Source: Marsupella aquatica (Eukaryota > Plantae > Marchantiophyta). From it: DNA of 64,000 nucleotides. The number at the start of each line of letters is the position of its first letter. Position 1 is the stretch's first letter. The notes beneath the pieces are model-generated. The model had not been told where the DNA came from, did not search any database, and saw only the letters and a program-made list of their open reading frames with translations. The stretch lies in assembly GCA_973895155.1 (NCBI GenBank), contig OZ316891.1, positions 29,375,611 through 29,439,610 on the forward strand, written 5' to 3'. The position numbers and the translations under genes are program-made. Shown here piece after piece: positions 23,961-36,715 of this stretch.

Positions 23961-25631
23961 TAGAGTGAATAGTCTAGTGAATACTCTAGACTATATTATT
24001 TTTAGTGGCAAAACTTCACCAAATTTCACATCCCCCAAAAAAGTTTCACCACTCTTGGTAAAAATTGGCTAGTATTTTCCTTTCTCATTAGCCAGTGTCC
24101 CACTTATTCACAGGGCCCTTTAGCCAGTTAAATCTAGGGAGATCTGATGGCCAGCAAAATAATCAGATAAGGAGTATTCTGAGCATCTTCTCCTTCACAC
24201 ACTTAAGCATTTTCCACTCTGGCTAAAAAGCAAAAGGCTTAAAACATATTCTCCTCTAGACAGCGTGACTCTAATTCAGGGCATAAGTTAAAGTCAAGGT
24301 GCATACCAAAAAAAGGATGGGGGCAAAGATGATTCAATAGTAAATAGGCATGAAATACTTTTTCAAGCTTATTTTCTTCTCATCTCAACATTTCAGGAAA
24401 AGATAATCAAGCTAGTGGTTTTGATGAAACAGGCCGGAGGTGAGGTTTGGCATAGGTGGGGGCTCATAAATGGTGGGACACCATCAGGGACGACCATGAG
24501 TTATGTCACTGCTTTGGCCCTTGGCTGTGGCCCAAGTATTCCTTAATTTGCCCTGCCTGAGTTACATATAGGATGACCAAGGTCTGGGCGGTAGTGTTAC
24601 TACTGTAGACAGCCAGGAAGCTTTATTGAAACACTCATGACACTCCCGCCCAAACTTGCATGGAAAAAGGTTATCTGCAAGATTATGATAATAGCAGCAT
24701 GAAGTACAAATGGTTACCTGCCGGTAGCCTTTGCTCCATACAAAAGATGAGGTACTTCAGAAAACTTCACCCCTCCCAATTTCTTCTTTTTGAGGTCAAA
24801 CACAGCCTCCCGGGACACCCCCTACCCAGGGAATAATTTACTACCACTAGTGCCCAAAGCCATGACACAACTTGCCAAGGGTATGACCCGTCCAAGGTGA
24901 GGAGAGCCAAGACTAGCTTTGACAACCCATGATTGTTCCTTCCTTCCTTCTGTCCATCTGTAAGTGACAAATGGGCCTATGAGCAGGAATTGGAGTCTCT
25001 TATGGAAACCAGATCACACCACTGGGAGTGGGACTATCACACCCCCACTCCCAGAGTTCTCGCCAAGGAACCCAACTTATACTCCCAAAACCTTAAATGG
25101 CTTCTCATTCGACTTCATGACAGAAGATTTAACTACTTGTAAACCCAATTAGAGGGACGGGAGTGTACTAGACAATAACCAGAATCATAACTATAATACA
25201 ATGTTGTGCCTTTTTATGCAGTGGTTCTCATTTGAATTTGAAGTGCCCAAAAAGTATTGAATCTAACCAAAGAGGAATAAACATAAATTGAATTATATTT
25301 AGTGTGAAAGGGTGACACGTTTCCAAAGCAAGAAATAAAGACTACTGCAGAATACCAATGCACAATAATCAAGTACTTCCTGGACCATCTATGCATAGTA
25401 CCTTTTACTCAATTATATATCTTGCACCGTCCATGATATTTTTCTCAAAAATATCTTTAGTATCGCAGCATCCATCATGCATTGACATCTTTTGCCTAAG
25501 GATATTTTTTATTTTTTAGATATCTTTTGTGCAATGATGTCTTTTACTTAACAATATCTTTTGAGCAACAACATACTTAATTTATCCACATTTTTTTACT
25601 TGATGACATGTTTGACAACACTACAACATCT

Positions 25632-25757
25632 TTGGCAATAGAACTTATTTTTTCATAATGACATTGGTATTGATTGGCAATAGAACTTATTTTTTCATAA
25701 GGACATTGGTATTGATTGGCAATAGAACTTATTTTTTCATAAGGACATTGGTATTGA
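25632..25757. repeat. 42-bp tandem repeat, 3 copies
   Basis: ttggcaatagaacttattttttcataa.gacattggtattga occurs three times. Confidence 0.95.
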
Positions 25758-25987
25758 GCTAGTGCCAGTAGAATCATGTATATTGAAAGTTTGAACTTTG
25801 GACTTCTTCCTTGAAAAAGGGAGAATAGTTATTCTCATTTGCAGAAAGGTGATCACCATTTAACTTTGAAATTCATTTGCTACGTTAGAATGCCAAATTG
25901 TATCTGATTGTGTACGGGCGATGTTTAGAATACCAAATCGTTTTGCCTTCGTACTGATTGTGTACGGGCGATTTGTAGCAGGGTTGT

Positions 25988-26438
25988 TAGGTTTGTGCAT
26001 CACAATTGCAGCAACATCACAAAGCTGATTTGACATGGTTGATACCTTTGTGGTAGATAGGTTTGTGCATCACAGTTGCAGCAACATCACAAAGCTGATT
26101 TGACATGGTTGATACCTTTGTGGTAGATAGGTTTGTGCATCACAGTTGCAGCAACATCACAAAGCTGATTTGACATGGTTGATACCTTTGTGGTAGATAG
26201 GTTTGTGCATCACAGTTGCAGCAACATCACAAAGCTGATTTGACATGGTTGATACCTTTTGGTAGATAGGTTTGTGCATCACAGTTGCAGCAACATCACA
26301 AAGCTGATTTGACATGGTTGATACCTTTGTGGTAGATAGGTTTGTGCATTACAATTGCAGCAACATCACAAAGCTGACTTGACGTTGATACCTTTGTGCA
26401 CCATAATCGTAGGCAACGTCACAAAACTGATTTGACGT
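25988..26438. repeat. 70-bp minisatellite, about 6.5 copies
   Basis: taggtttgtgcatcacagttgcagcaacatcacaaagctgatttgacatggttgatacctttgtggtaga starts at 25988, 26058, 26128, 26198, 26267 and 26337. Confidence 0.97.
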
Positions 26439-26909
26439 TCTCGCTCTTTATCTGCATTTCGCAACTCACGCTTCTCCAATATCTGATGATGTACCGACAT
26501 AACAAATCATAGATTCTCGTTATGCAATTAGTATTCCTTGTGGTCACGGATTCAAAGTATTGTCCCATTTCTCGCATGTTTTATGTTCAAATCTTCATTG
26601 GATATATAGTGTTCAGAACGTGCTTCGGTAATGGATTTTGCTGGTACTGCACATCAGTCGAATTTCACATTCTCTCGTTTACTTTTGGAGATCATATACA
26701 GGAACGTCATTTTCGGATGCATCAGATTGTTCAGAAACAGATCGGTTGTCATCGTCGTTTTGGCAGTTTTACTTTGTAAGAAATTGTGAAAAATGCGAAC
26801 GCGTTTCATTAGTTTATTGTGTAAACAAGTTGGTTACAGTTATCGTCGCAGTTTTAGTTATGGATTGTGCAGGATATTTCACCATATTCCAAGATTTGCA
26901 GCTGACTAT

Positions 26910-27210
26910 TTGAGTAGAGCTAACGTTTTCAGCATGGGAAGAGATGTAGACATTCAGATAAACATTAGAGTAGAGCTAACGTTCAGTATGGGAGATGTCG
27001 ACATTCACAGACAATTCAGATAAATATTAAGAGTACAGCTAACTTTCAGTATGGGAGGAAATGTCGACATTCAAACATACATTACTAGTTCCACTGTGGA
27101 ATTAATAAACAGAGCGACACTAAGACATTCAGATAAACATTAGAGTAGAACAGACGTTCAGTATGGGAGGGGATGTCGACATTCAAACATACATTATAAA
27201 TTCCACTGTA
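26910..27210. repeat. Degenerate tandem duplications downstream of the LEA gene
   Basis: The motifs ttcagtatggga..atgtcgacattca and gacattcagataaacattagagtag recur 3-4 times. Confidence 0.75.
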
Positions 27211-27563
27211 ATGGAAATAAACAGATATCGAAATTGACCATTTTGAAACATCGGATAATTTAATGGATTAATTTCACGAAAATTCTGTTCACGATTTATC
27301 CAGAGCAAACGTGCAAACAGTAATGAGCGGTACAGATTATATTGATAAAATTGCAGCACTATACATCAAATTTCCGATTGAAAAATTATTGGTATGGATA
27401 TACCACCATGTAAGTAAATGGCACGAACAGCCTACCCATGAGCAACGTCTACATTCTGTACACCAAATTGAAGTTCACTGTTGGCTTGCCAACTCCTAAG
27501 CTGTAAGCTATGACAACTTTACAGTCCGTGTAGATCAAGATTGGTAATGTGATGGACAACTAT

Positions 27564-28454
27564 CTAATGGTTGAGAGAATCTGCAACTCCTTGGAATGCT
27601 CCTCGTACGGTGTCACTTGCCTGCATACACGACAAAAGAATTATCAAATGAATGTACATCGACAGCCACAGACGAATTTTTTGAAGAAACAGAGTTAAGG
27701 TACAAGATTGCGAGAACGATTTGTAAATAATCTGGGTAAGATTTTGTACAACTACTTCAATTCTTAGTTGAGAGCTAGTTACAGAGAGTGTACTTACCGT
27801 AGTCAAGAAGTTACCAGTCGACTCCTTCCCCGCATTCGCCTTATCTTGAGCAGTTTGCCCAGCTTCTGAGGCAGCGCCCTTTGTATCTTCCTTCTTCTGC
27901 TGTGCTTTGTCACCCAACTCATTCGTCTTCTGATCAGCAGTTGCCTTTGTATCCTCTTTTGTCTGGTTGGCTTTGTCACCAGCTTCTCCAGCTTTAGACT
28001 TGGCAGCATCAGTGGTCTCAGCCGCACTTTGCTTCGTCTGCTCCTTGTTTTGGTTGGCTTTGTCGCCAAGTTCACCTGCTTTCGACTTGGCGGCACCGGT
28101 GGTCTCAGATGCAAATCCCTTGGTCTCCTCCTTCTTCTGATTAGCCTTGTCACCAGCTTGTCCGGCCTTTGATTTGGCAGCACCAGTCGTTTCAGAAGCG
28201 AAACCTTTCGTCTCCTCCTTCTTCTGTTGGGCAACGTCTCCTACTTCTCCGGCCTTTGTCTTGGCAGCGTCGGCAGTTTCGTCTTTTTTCTGGTTGAAAA
28301 CGTTTCCAGCTTCTCCTGCTTTGTTCTGGATCGCCTGGCCAGCTTGACCGGCCTTATCCTTCACAGCATCCTTGATGCCTTGTGCTTTCTGTCCTGCTTG
28401 CTGTGCCTTCCGCTGCCCAGCTTCGTGCGACTCCTGATATTGGTTGGAAGCCAT
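27564..28454 (-). CDS. Group 3 LEA (LEA_4-type) protein, 237 aa; exons 28454-27798 and 27620-27564
   Basis: A/K/E/Q/T-rich, with 29-aa repeats AAKSKAGEAGDKANQKKEETKGFASETTG. Intron 27797-27621 (ACG|gtaagt...tgcag|GCA). The spliced end GNFLTTASDTVRGAFQGVADSLNH resembles the typical LEA3 C-terminus. Confidence 0.92.
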   Translation of the reverse strand: MASNQYQESHEAGQRKAQQAGQKAQGIKDAVKDKAGQAGQAIQNKAGEAGNVFNQKKDETADAAKTKAGEVGDVAQQKKEETKGFASETTGAAKSKAGQAGDKANQKKEETKGFASETTGAAKSKAGELGDKANQNKEQTKQSAAETTDAAKSKAGEAGDKANQTKEDTKATADQKTNELGDKAQQKKEDTKGAASEAGQTAQDKANAGKESTGNFLTTVSTLSVTSSQLRIEVVVQNLTQIIYKSFSQSCTLTLFLQKIRLWLSMYIHLIILLSCMQASDTVRGAFQGVADSLNH

Positions 28455-28525
28455 AGTTTCAACTCACAAATTGAGGGAGGAGCAAGAAAATCAGTATTAG
28501 GTGACGGGGAAGTAAGTTCAAACAC

Positions 28526-29016
28526 CTGCACAGAATATCAAACCACGTCAGGTCAGGGCTACTGCAAAGCCAATTAAACGGCAAACTCGGGATCATAATT
28601 CTAAATGCAACTTCTCCAAACTGCTTTCCAACAGAATCCGGCTCGCATCCGACAGACGCATCAAGAAAGAAAATACGATTGCTACTACTCAAGACCATAC
28701 AAATTCACACTGACTCGTCGCTTGATTCACTGGAAAGCGAAGGGAAGGAACAGCGACCAGCTCACAACTACCGCGAAGGAGCACATGACTCATGCAAGAT
28801 GGAGACGCACAGGGATCAAGAAATGCCGGACTCGGTTAAAGGACTCAATCAGTCCGACGCACAACAGTCACACCAAAGCAACAAAATCGGAATCCACCCA
28901 GCTCAAAAAGAACGAGAAGCACCGAAATCTCGCAGAGGACGAAAAGCATCAACAGTACGCAAGGAATCGGGCATCTGCCCACTCAGCTCACGAGGTACAG
29001 AACATAACAAACTTAC
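28526..29016 (-). other. Putative 5'-UTR intron of the LEA gene (~490 nt)
   Basis: Donor ctct|gtaagt at 29016 and acceptor tctgtgcag| at 28526. Confidence 0.55.
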
Positions 29017-29130
29017 AGAGGTAGATCGATGGAAATGTGTAAAGATCGAGCAAATTGAGTCGGCTGCGTTCGAGTGTGGAAGAGAGTGGTTGAGTAGAGA
29101 GTTGAATGAGAGGGGGGGCCGGGGGTACAA

Positions 29131-29256
29131 GCTATATATGACGCTCGGGCGCGGCTGGGGGCTTCAGGAAGTGACAAGTGGGGGGCAGGTGTCACCAGGA
29201 TCGTAGGCAGGACAAGGCCATGCTCGGCTGGCGTCCAGGATGGCGGCACGCGTCCA
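29131..29256 (-). promoter_or_regulatory. LEA promoter: TATA box plus CE3/ABRE-like element
   Basis: Minus-strand catatatagc at 29131-29140, followed by a pyrimidine-rich initiator region. ACGCGTGCC at about 29245-29253 resembles CE3 (ACGCGTGTC). Confidence 0.5.
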
Positions 29257-30135
29257 AAGTGAAGAGCAAGAAAACACATACCGTAGACATTGCGCAATTC
29301 TTTGCGCCGTCGAAATTTGTAGATGCTGCCAGATCTGCGTTTTAGGGTTTCTCAAAATTTTACATTACTATCACACTAAAAGGCCAAAAAGCGCCAACCA
29401 GGAGCGAGAGTCCCAAAGAGAGGAGACCCTATGAAGGGGAGAAAACATGGAAATATGACCAAATAGCCCAATAAGCCCGAGTGAAAATTCCTGTCCATAC
29501 CATATGCATTTTGGTTAATTGCTCTATCCTCGTACTGTAAGGTAGATCACACAAGAATATCCAAAATTTGCATGATATAGTGTGATACAGTCAATGCTCG
29601 TTGCATCATTTTTGAAAGCTCACATTATCCACACTCACCATTTCATTTGCACTCTCAAAGTCAAGTCATGTCTAGAGACTTCACTCTAAATTGTAGGCTG
29701 GGAAGAGTAGCTTCTGGTCATAATTGTATAGTTAGATTATCCTCTTGGCATTTGTACTAACCTTTATGTGGCACTGCTATTATCCATGCAAAGCTAAAAA
29801 AGTATTTGCAAAATGCAGCACAAAAGGAGGAGAGATTTGTTGTTCATTCAATTTATTTTCTGTCGAAATCTGCATTGATCTCATATGCGTTTTGGGTAAT
29901 AGCGCTATCCTTGTCCAGAAGCATATCCATTATTTACATGAAAAGTATCGTGGATAGAAATTGTTATCCATTATTTACCTGAAAAGTATTGTGAATAGAA
30001 AATATTATCCTTTCCGCTTTTGCAATAGCTTTACGTGTCAGTGCCAGTATCTATGCAAAGATAAAAATGATTTGCATAGTGCCACACAAAAAGGAGGGGA
30101 TTTGGGTTGTTGCCCAGTGTCGCCCAGCAATATGC

Positions 30136-31410
30136 TAGTGTAGCTGTTTATCATCTGGGCAATTTCTTGGTGGGGTCCTGAGTGGATAAATGTCCATAGT
30201 TCCAGCAATTTTTTCATATGTGTATTTTGGACTAACTATTACCTGGAAAATCAACACTACAGTTTGCAATCCTGCCATTTTCTCTCATTGTCACTTTATG
30301 AATGCAATTTAGGCGGGGAAGCAATCCTCACTGTTTGATTGCAGACTGTATTTTTCCTTGGAATTTGAAGATTGTGTTTTTGGTGCCATTGGATTTCAAG
30401 AGAAAGGATTCAGTGCAAATACTAGGAGAAGGATGTAGGGATAGGCTCAAATGGGATGAGTGCGTGTTAAATCTAGTCAAGTTAATGCGGTCAGTAGGTC
30501 CGAACATAAACCAATACACTGTAATATTTTATTTACAAACCAAGTGATTTAAATTACATGTGACTTGGTTTATGTTCTGGTTGTACAGCTGACATAGATA
30601 TAATGCATGGTAATGAGATGCAATGGGGATGCTGGGACAGCTTTCAGCCCCATGCATAGAGAGGCAAGAAGGGAGCAAAGAGTTTGAGAAATGGCTGGAG
30701 GGACAAAACAAAAATAGGAGCAGATCAAGTGAGGCACTGTGTGCTGGCAGTGGGATACTGGCTGTGGAGTGAATACAAAGGTGTGGAGTTACACATTTGT
30801 AGTGTAGCTGTTTGTCATCTGGGCAATTCCTTGGTGGGGTCCTGAGTGGACAAACATCCTTAGAGCCAGCTGTTATTTTCCTAGGTGTATCTTGGCCTAA
30901 TTCTTACCTGGAAAATCAAACACTAAAATATTCAATCCTGCTATTTTTCCATCCATGTTTGTTTGTGGATGTAATTTAAACGGGAAGCAATCCTCACCGT
31001 TCAATAGAAGACTGTATTTTCAGTGCAATTGGATTCCTAAAGAAAGGGTTACAGGGATGGGGATGTGGGGATGGGCTCCTATGGGATGGGGTGTCAACCA
31101 TATGTGCAGTTGTGCCCTGGGGGAGAGAAGGGAGCACAAGAGCTTGAGAAATAGCAGGAGGGACAAAATGAAAATAGGAGGGGATGAGAGGTATTTGCTT
31201 GATGGGACCCCAAAGTGAAAAATGTGACTTGATAGGACCCCTGAAGTTTTGGGTACATTGACTCAAGGTTATCAATGGGCAGGATCACTCAAGATCCTAT
31301 CAAATAACAATTTTCATTTTGGGATCCCATCAAGCAAATAACTCCAGAGGGTGAGGTGACGCACACATGTTTGCTGGCAGTAGAATGAGTACAAAGGTGT
31401 GGGGTATACA
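30136..31410. repeat. Old ~660-bp tandem duplication; the second copy is interrupted by a MITE
   Basis: tagtgtagctgttt.tcatctgggcaatt.cttggtggggtcctgagtgga occurs at 30136 and 30800. Both copies end with ...tacaaaggtgtgg.g..acat. Confidence 0.85.
31188..31344. mobile_element. Mutator-like MITE, family M1 copy 1
   Basis: TIRs gaggtatttgcttgatgggaccccaaa / tttgggatcccatcaagcaaataactc. Flanks gaggggatga / cagagggtga match 7 of 10. The element is absent from the paralogous copy at about 30720. Confidence 0.8.
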
Positions 31411-32626
31411 TTGGATACAAAGGCTTGCAGGCTACAAAGAGAAGGATGGGGGAGAGAATTAAAGGAATAACCTGTATTTTTTTTCAAAGAAATTTAAGAC
31501 ATACCGATTGTGAGGTCTCCATTTTATAATTTTTACGTTTGTGTGTTTTGCCTTTAGAGTAAGGATGCAGGGATACAATTTATTTCAATGTGGAGGAGGA
31601 GACCAAAATATCCCACTTCCCCCAAGCAACAGATAGGTTTAAAAACTTTAAGGGTGAGAGTGGGGGTGGTTTTCTCTTTCTTAGTTATCTTTGGTAGGGA
31701 AAGGGGGGGGGGGGGGGCGTACAGGGGAGTGAATATTTCTCTTTCCCGGTATCTTGGCTTAAATTCTTCCTCTGGAGTCCCCCAATCAGTCTCTTCCAAG
31801 GTTTTTCCCTCTCTCTGATATCTTCTTTCCTCAACAAATGTTTCGCACAACATCCTTGTCCCTTGACATGGTTTTTGTCTGACATGCATCTTACGGTCTC
31901 ATCCAACAACAATGTTACTCAATATCTTTTCCAAGCTGGAGATATTTTCCACTTGGCATGTTTCATCTTGATGACTTCGTGCATTGCACAGGAATTCAAC
32001 TATCAAACACTATAATAAGCAATAGTACTCCAGAATTGGGGGATGGTCTGTTTACAAAAAAGGAAAACAGATGGGAGAAAATCCAAGCCATTCACCAAAA
32101 TGACTTGTGGGCATAGTCCCACCTGCTCCTGAGCTGCCTGCCCCTTCTTCGTTTCTGAAAAATTCTCCCTCCTGTTGTGTGACCATGCCTGGACAACACA
32201 TTGCTGTGCCCTCCGTTACCCATAAGAACATTTTCACAACAACATTAACCAAAATGATAACATGTTTGCACGGGTTTTGCAACAATCACCCACCCCAAAA
32301 CAATGAGCCTTCCACACACAGAAACATGAATGTACAAAATGGTGGTACATATTAATAAACCTTCCTTGTCTCACTTGGACAGTAAGATGCATGTTACTTC
32401 CAAGTGGCATATATATGCAATGACCATAAGCAAAGCTCAAGGTCAGACTTTGGAACATGTAGGTTTGAATTTTCAAAACCTCTTTTCAGTCATGACCAGT
32501 TGTAGGTAGCACTCCCAAGAGCAACATCTGCTATAACTAAGAAGATTTTACTTTTGAATTCTGAAGAAAGCCAATAGTGGTTGACAATAAATGTTCTATA
32601 TGATGAGGTCCTTTGTTAAACATGAA

Positions 32627-32847
32627 CAGCTTTTAATTACTTTGCCACCAAAGATGTTCTAATTCACAATATTGCCACTGTTTTTTCTATATTTATAAAA
32701 ATGCCACTGTTTCGTATACGAATGACAAGTTTAACAAGGTAACCAGAGGCACTATATACAAAAACTGTGGCATTTTTGTAAATACGAAACAAACATTGAC
32801 AGTATTATAAATTCAAACATCTTTAGTGACAATGTACTTAAAAGCTG
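32627..32847. mobile_element. Mutator-like (foldback) MITE with perfect 10-bp TSD
   Basis: ~90-bp TIRs cagcttttaattactttgccaccaaagatgtt / aacatctttagtgacaatgtacttaaaagctg. TSD taaacatgaa at 32617-32626 and 32848-32857. Confidence 0.9.
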
Positions 32848-33474
32848 TAAACATGAATAATGATTGCATGATGTGTTACTCTATTTGATTTACAATCATA
32901 TTTGCATTCTTTTGTTCATGTCTTCCTTTGTAGACCCCTTGTGCATAATGAACATTTGCATCATGTGGGCATTGAACAACATGTCCTCATATTTGTATGT
33001 AAGCATCTTATGTCTTCATTGTGAAGATTCCTTATATTCTTCAACTCATCCCGAACACTAAACTCACACCCAAAAACATGGACACTGCAGAGTTCCTATG
33101 TCTGTCCTAGTAACAACGTCAAATGCTTGTGTACATCTGAGCTTCTACTTCAAATGCTCTAGCTATCCAACCAGTGAATTTCATTGATGAATTTGTGCCA
33201 GAAGAGCAGCTGACAAACAACGTTGCAAAATATACAAAAAGCCTATCTTTTAGCACCTGATAGGAGAATCTACTGGCTGCTATTTGACATGATGTACACT
33301 AAGAATACTCAATGTGCTGGTTCTGGCAAATTAAAGGTTCTAGATTGTGCCATTTGCACAATGTGTTTATATCACTAAAAAATACACACTAGCCAACGCA
33401 AACAAAACAATGTACACATTTTCCATCAATTCACCAAGTCGCTGGTAACCAGATCTAACATTGTTCCTCAACTG

Positions 33475-33671
33475 TTTTTAAAAAGAAAATTAAACATTTA
33501 ATGGGAAATCTGTGAAATCTTTGGAGAATTCTCGGTGAAATCCCACCAAAAGGGAACAGTAAGTCACACATTTGAACCCAAGACCTATCAGTCTCCACTC
33601 AAATGAGATACCGCACATCTATGCCTCTCTCCACTCAAATGAGATACCACACATCTATGCCTCTCTGGGCA
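33475..33671 (-). mobile_element. tRNA-derived SINE, family A copy 2, with an internal ~36-bp duplication
   Basis: tttgaacccaaga...actcaa.tgag.tacc.caca...atgcctctctgggca is shared with 13148-13285. The segment ccactcaaatgagatacc.cacatctatgcctctct is duplicated. Confidence 0.7.
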
Positions 33672-35512
33672 GTTCTCCTCAAATCTTAGGAAATGAACAG
33701 TTCACATGTGTTGTCCAAGATTTTATGACAAAAACTATTTCCCAAGGAAGGAGAAAAGTGGTAGGGCTCCATGTGCAGGCACCCTCACCCCACAATCCAA
33801 TCCAAAATCATAAGCAGTAATTGGGGCTCATGCTCATGTGTTAGTGAGCATGAATATGCTAACATGAATGTCAATAGCTAGACCCCACCCCTTCTCCCTG
33901 GCCCAGCTCCTACAGTAATGTCAATTTCTTTAGGGGACCATGGAAGCCTGAACTTTGCTTGGCTATTTCTTTGGCTCCACAATAGGTTTGAGAAGTGTCG
34001 TGGTTATTAGCTTCTTTAAACTATTAAACCTATCCACAAAGGTTGTGACTGTTGTGCAATATTTTGACAAAAATGGGCAAGTAAGCAGCACAAAAGAAAG
34101 GATTTGTCTGAAACCAGATCAATATTTTTCAAAAGCACCAACGCATACAAAAGTGATGAGTTTATGAATGAGTCTGTTGTAGTAGAGGTTTTGGAATTTT
34201 CTTATGATTGATGTACAGTGGCTTATACACGTTTTTTCCTTCGTTGAATTCAGATGAAGCCTCTGCTGCAACCTCTTACCAATCTAAGCATCTTGCGTAC
34301 TCTTTGCAATAACTGATAAATGCGTGACATTTACAGTCTGAAATGCACTTACACCTTTTTCTTTGCAAGAGTACTTAGAGTGTCCAAGAGTTCTCCCTTT
34401 TTTCAAGTTCAACTCACTTCTTTCCTCTAAGGTGCCAGTCTGCTCCCCACTTTCAGGAAAACATTACTGTTGATAGTGAAATTTGGATCCTATTCGAAAC
34501 CCTAGCTCTTGAGGGGCAGCTGTGATTTAGATGCTTTACACTCTGAAAGGCTTCTGAAAAGCATAAATCAAACCAATGAGAATAACAGTACGAATCACAT
34601 CATTCCTTACAGCTTCATAGAGATACAATGTCTGACCTTCGATTTCCCATTGCAAGGGTCTCCTCTCAGCTTTCCTCTGAAACAGAAAGCTGCAGCTGGC
34701 ACAAGATTTAGCCTCCAATTTACACTAGGACCTTAGAAGAAAGGGTGATCAAATAAATGGATTCCTTGTTGCGTGGATAGCCATCAAGCCTATGATGATC
34801 TTCACTCCTAAACCACTTGGAGATTCTCTTTGTAGTTTCTACAGCTTTATATGACAGAATCCTACCAAAATGTGCTAGAACACACAGGCCGGGTTGCCCC
34901 AGATGTTAAGAGTTGTTCATAATTCTGGCAGATCTACGTCAGGTACCAAAAGTTGATTGAACCCGAGCTGGGGTTTGGACCACTTCTCCATCAACAAAGT
35001 TCCTCATTCTAAGCTTTGCATTTTCCTTCTTTGCAGTGGACAGGAAACGAAGGCCCTCTGTATAAACCCATCGAATCTCACTTTGAGCAAGGTCAATTCA
35101 ATTCTCTTACCGCTGTCCTCTCACCTCCTCTTGCCAAACGACTTCAGCAGCTACCTTAATTGCTGGAGTTCAGATGTTGAACTTCACAATTGCTACTTGC
35201 ATCACTTGTCCTCTGTAAAAAGCCTCCAACACTCCAGCTGGCTAATGGCGACTGTGATTTGATGGAGAATGATGTAACCTCGAAGGGGATCTCGCTGTTG
35301 CTGGCACTGATTTGTTTCCAGACTAACAGAGAATTGCCGATTTAGACATCATTCTTCTACGGTCCATTGAACCACTGATGCCATAACAAGTTTTCATTTG
35401 TCCTTGAGAAAGAGTGACCACAGAGGAAATGAGGGAGGCAGTGCACAAGCTAACCACACAAGAGAAATCGTTGCTGAGGGTAATGCTTGAAAAAAATCGA
35501 AAGCTCAATTTG

Positions 35513-36715
35513 TTAAAACCACTTCCATGGGCTGGATCTCTGCCTGATTGGAGTGGGAGGTTGGACAATCTTTGACAGGGTTTGGTGCTCAGCTGGTGAA
35601 AGAGGAATTCCTTGCAGGAGAGCTTTAGTCAGACCTTCCAGCTCGCCTGATTGGCGCCTCCTACCCCGGTAGAATGTCATCCCCGCAATCGCTCCCACAG
35701 TCATTACCTGAATCCGAAATCCACATCAAAATACATCATCAATGTCAGCATTGAGGACAGGGCAAACCCAGCACAAGCTTATCGGTACCTTAGGTGGAGG
35801 GCACAACAATCTGTTGGAATTGGACGTCAATGAATTTTACGAACTGAAGCTCAGCTTAAATGAGACAACCCTAAGTAATTTGCACCGATTGTCCAAGAAG
35901 TAGTAACCACCGTGCAACTTAACGACAAGAACGTTGCAAACCTTAAACCCTAAGCCAACTAACAGAATCATGGGTATGGTCTCAGGACATTGATGCATCG
36001 AGTTTAAAGCCTAAGGTCGATTCGGAACTTTCTTATGATTGACGTCAGAACTTGTGAGTTTGCCTTTTTGTCCATTTCATAACAAAAACGTAAAGCAAAG
36101 TTTTCCGTACCGGGAGAAACCACAGGACTGCACTCTGCGCATCAAATGCAGGAGAATACAGAATTGTCTCTCCATATTCTGTCGTCAGCTTGTTGTAAAT
36201 GTCCTTGTCACTCTTTCCCTGCCGCAGCTCATCCCGTATGACCTGCATACACCGAATCCCGATAGCTTAGGTCAACAATCAAGCTCCTCATTAGTACAGA
36301 AAAATCGAACGCAGGGCCGACAGGGCTCTCCCCGCAGCTGAAATTGATCACTGAGCACAAATGAGAAGATGGAAAGAAACAGAAAACGGACGAAAACCAC
36401 TGTGGCTTCTTGTTCAATTTGTTTATGGGGAGGAGAAATTTACATGATCCAAGCTATGCGATCGATTTGCTTTCTACATTATTCATTGAACTCTTCCGAA
36501 CTCGCTGCCAAGAAGTCACCAGTCTTCACCTTTCGTAGCTTGATGGCGATTTCAGCTTGAGACTCTTCAATGGCCTGGTGCCCACACTCCAGGCAACGAA
36601 CGTTATGGCTGATGTTGCGCGCGCGAGCTTCTATCTGAGCAGCCCGTACCCGCTCTTCAAAATTCTCTCTGTTGCTTCCGGTCTGTCCCACTTCGTCTGC
36701 TTCTCGTTCCGCCAT
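35513..36715 (-). CDS. CCMH: Cytochrome c-type biogenesis CcmH-like mitochondrial protein, 170 aa; exons 36715-36530, 36242-36111, 35707-35513
   Basis: RNISHNVRCLECGHQAIEESQAEIA carries the RCxxC motif. IRDELRQGKSDKDIYNKLTTEYGETILYSP is followed by a TM segment LWFLPVMTVGAIAG. Both introns are phase-0 GT-AG. Confidence 0.95.

Noticed and set aside
24430-25060. LTR/PPT junction on the minus strand (gggagtgggggtg-tgatag)
   Set aside because: I could not define a second terminus or a TSD.
25988-26438. CRISPR-like regular array
   Set aside because: Units are contiguous with no unique spacers, there are no cas genes and the context is eukaryotic.
27564-28454. 296-aa single-exon LEA protein, as given in the ORF track
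   Set aside because: A canonical intron at 27797-27621 and the composition shift favour a spliced 237-aa product.
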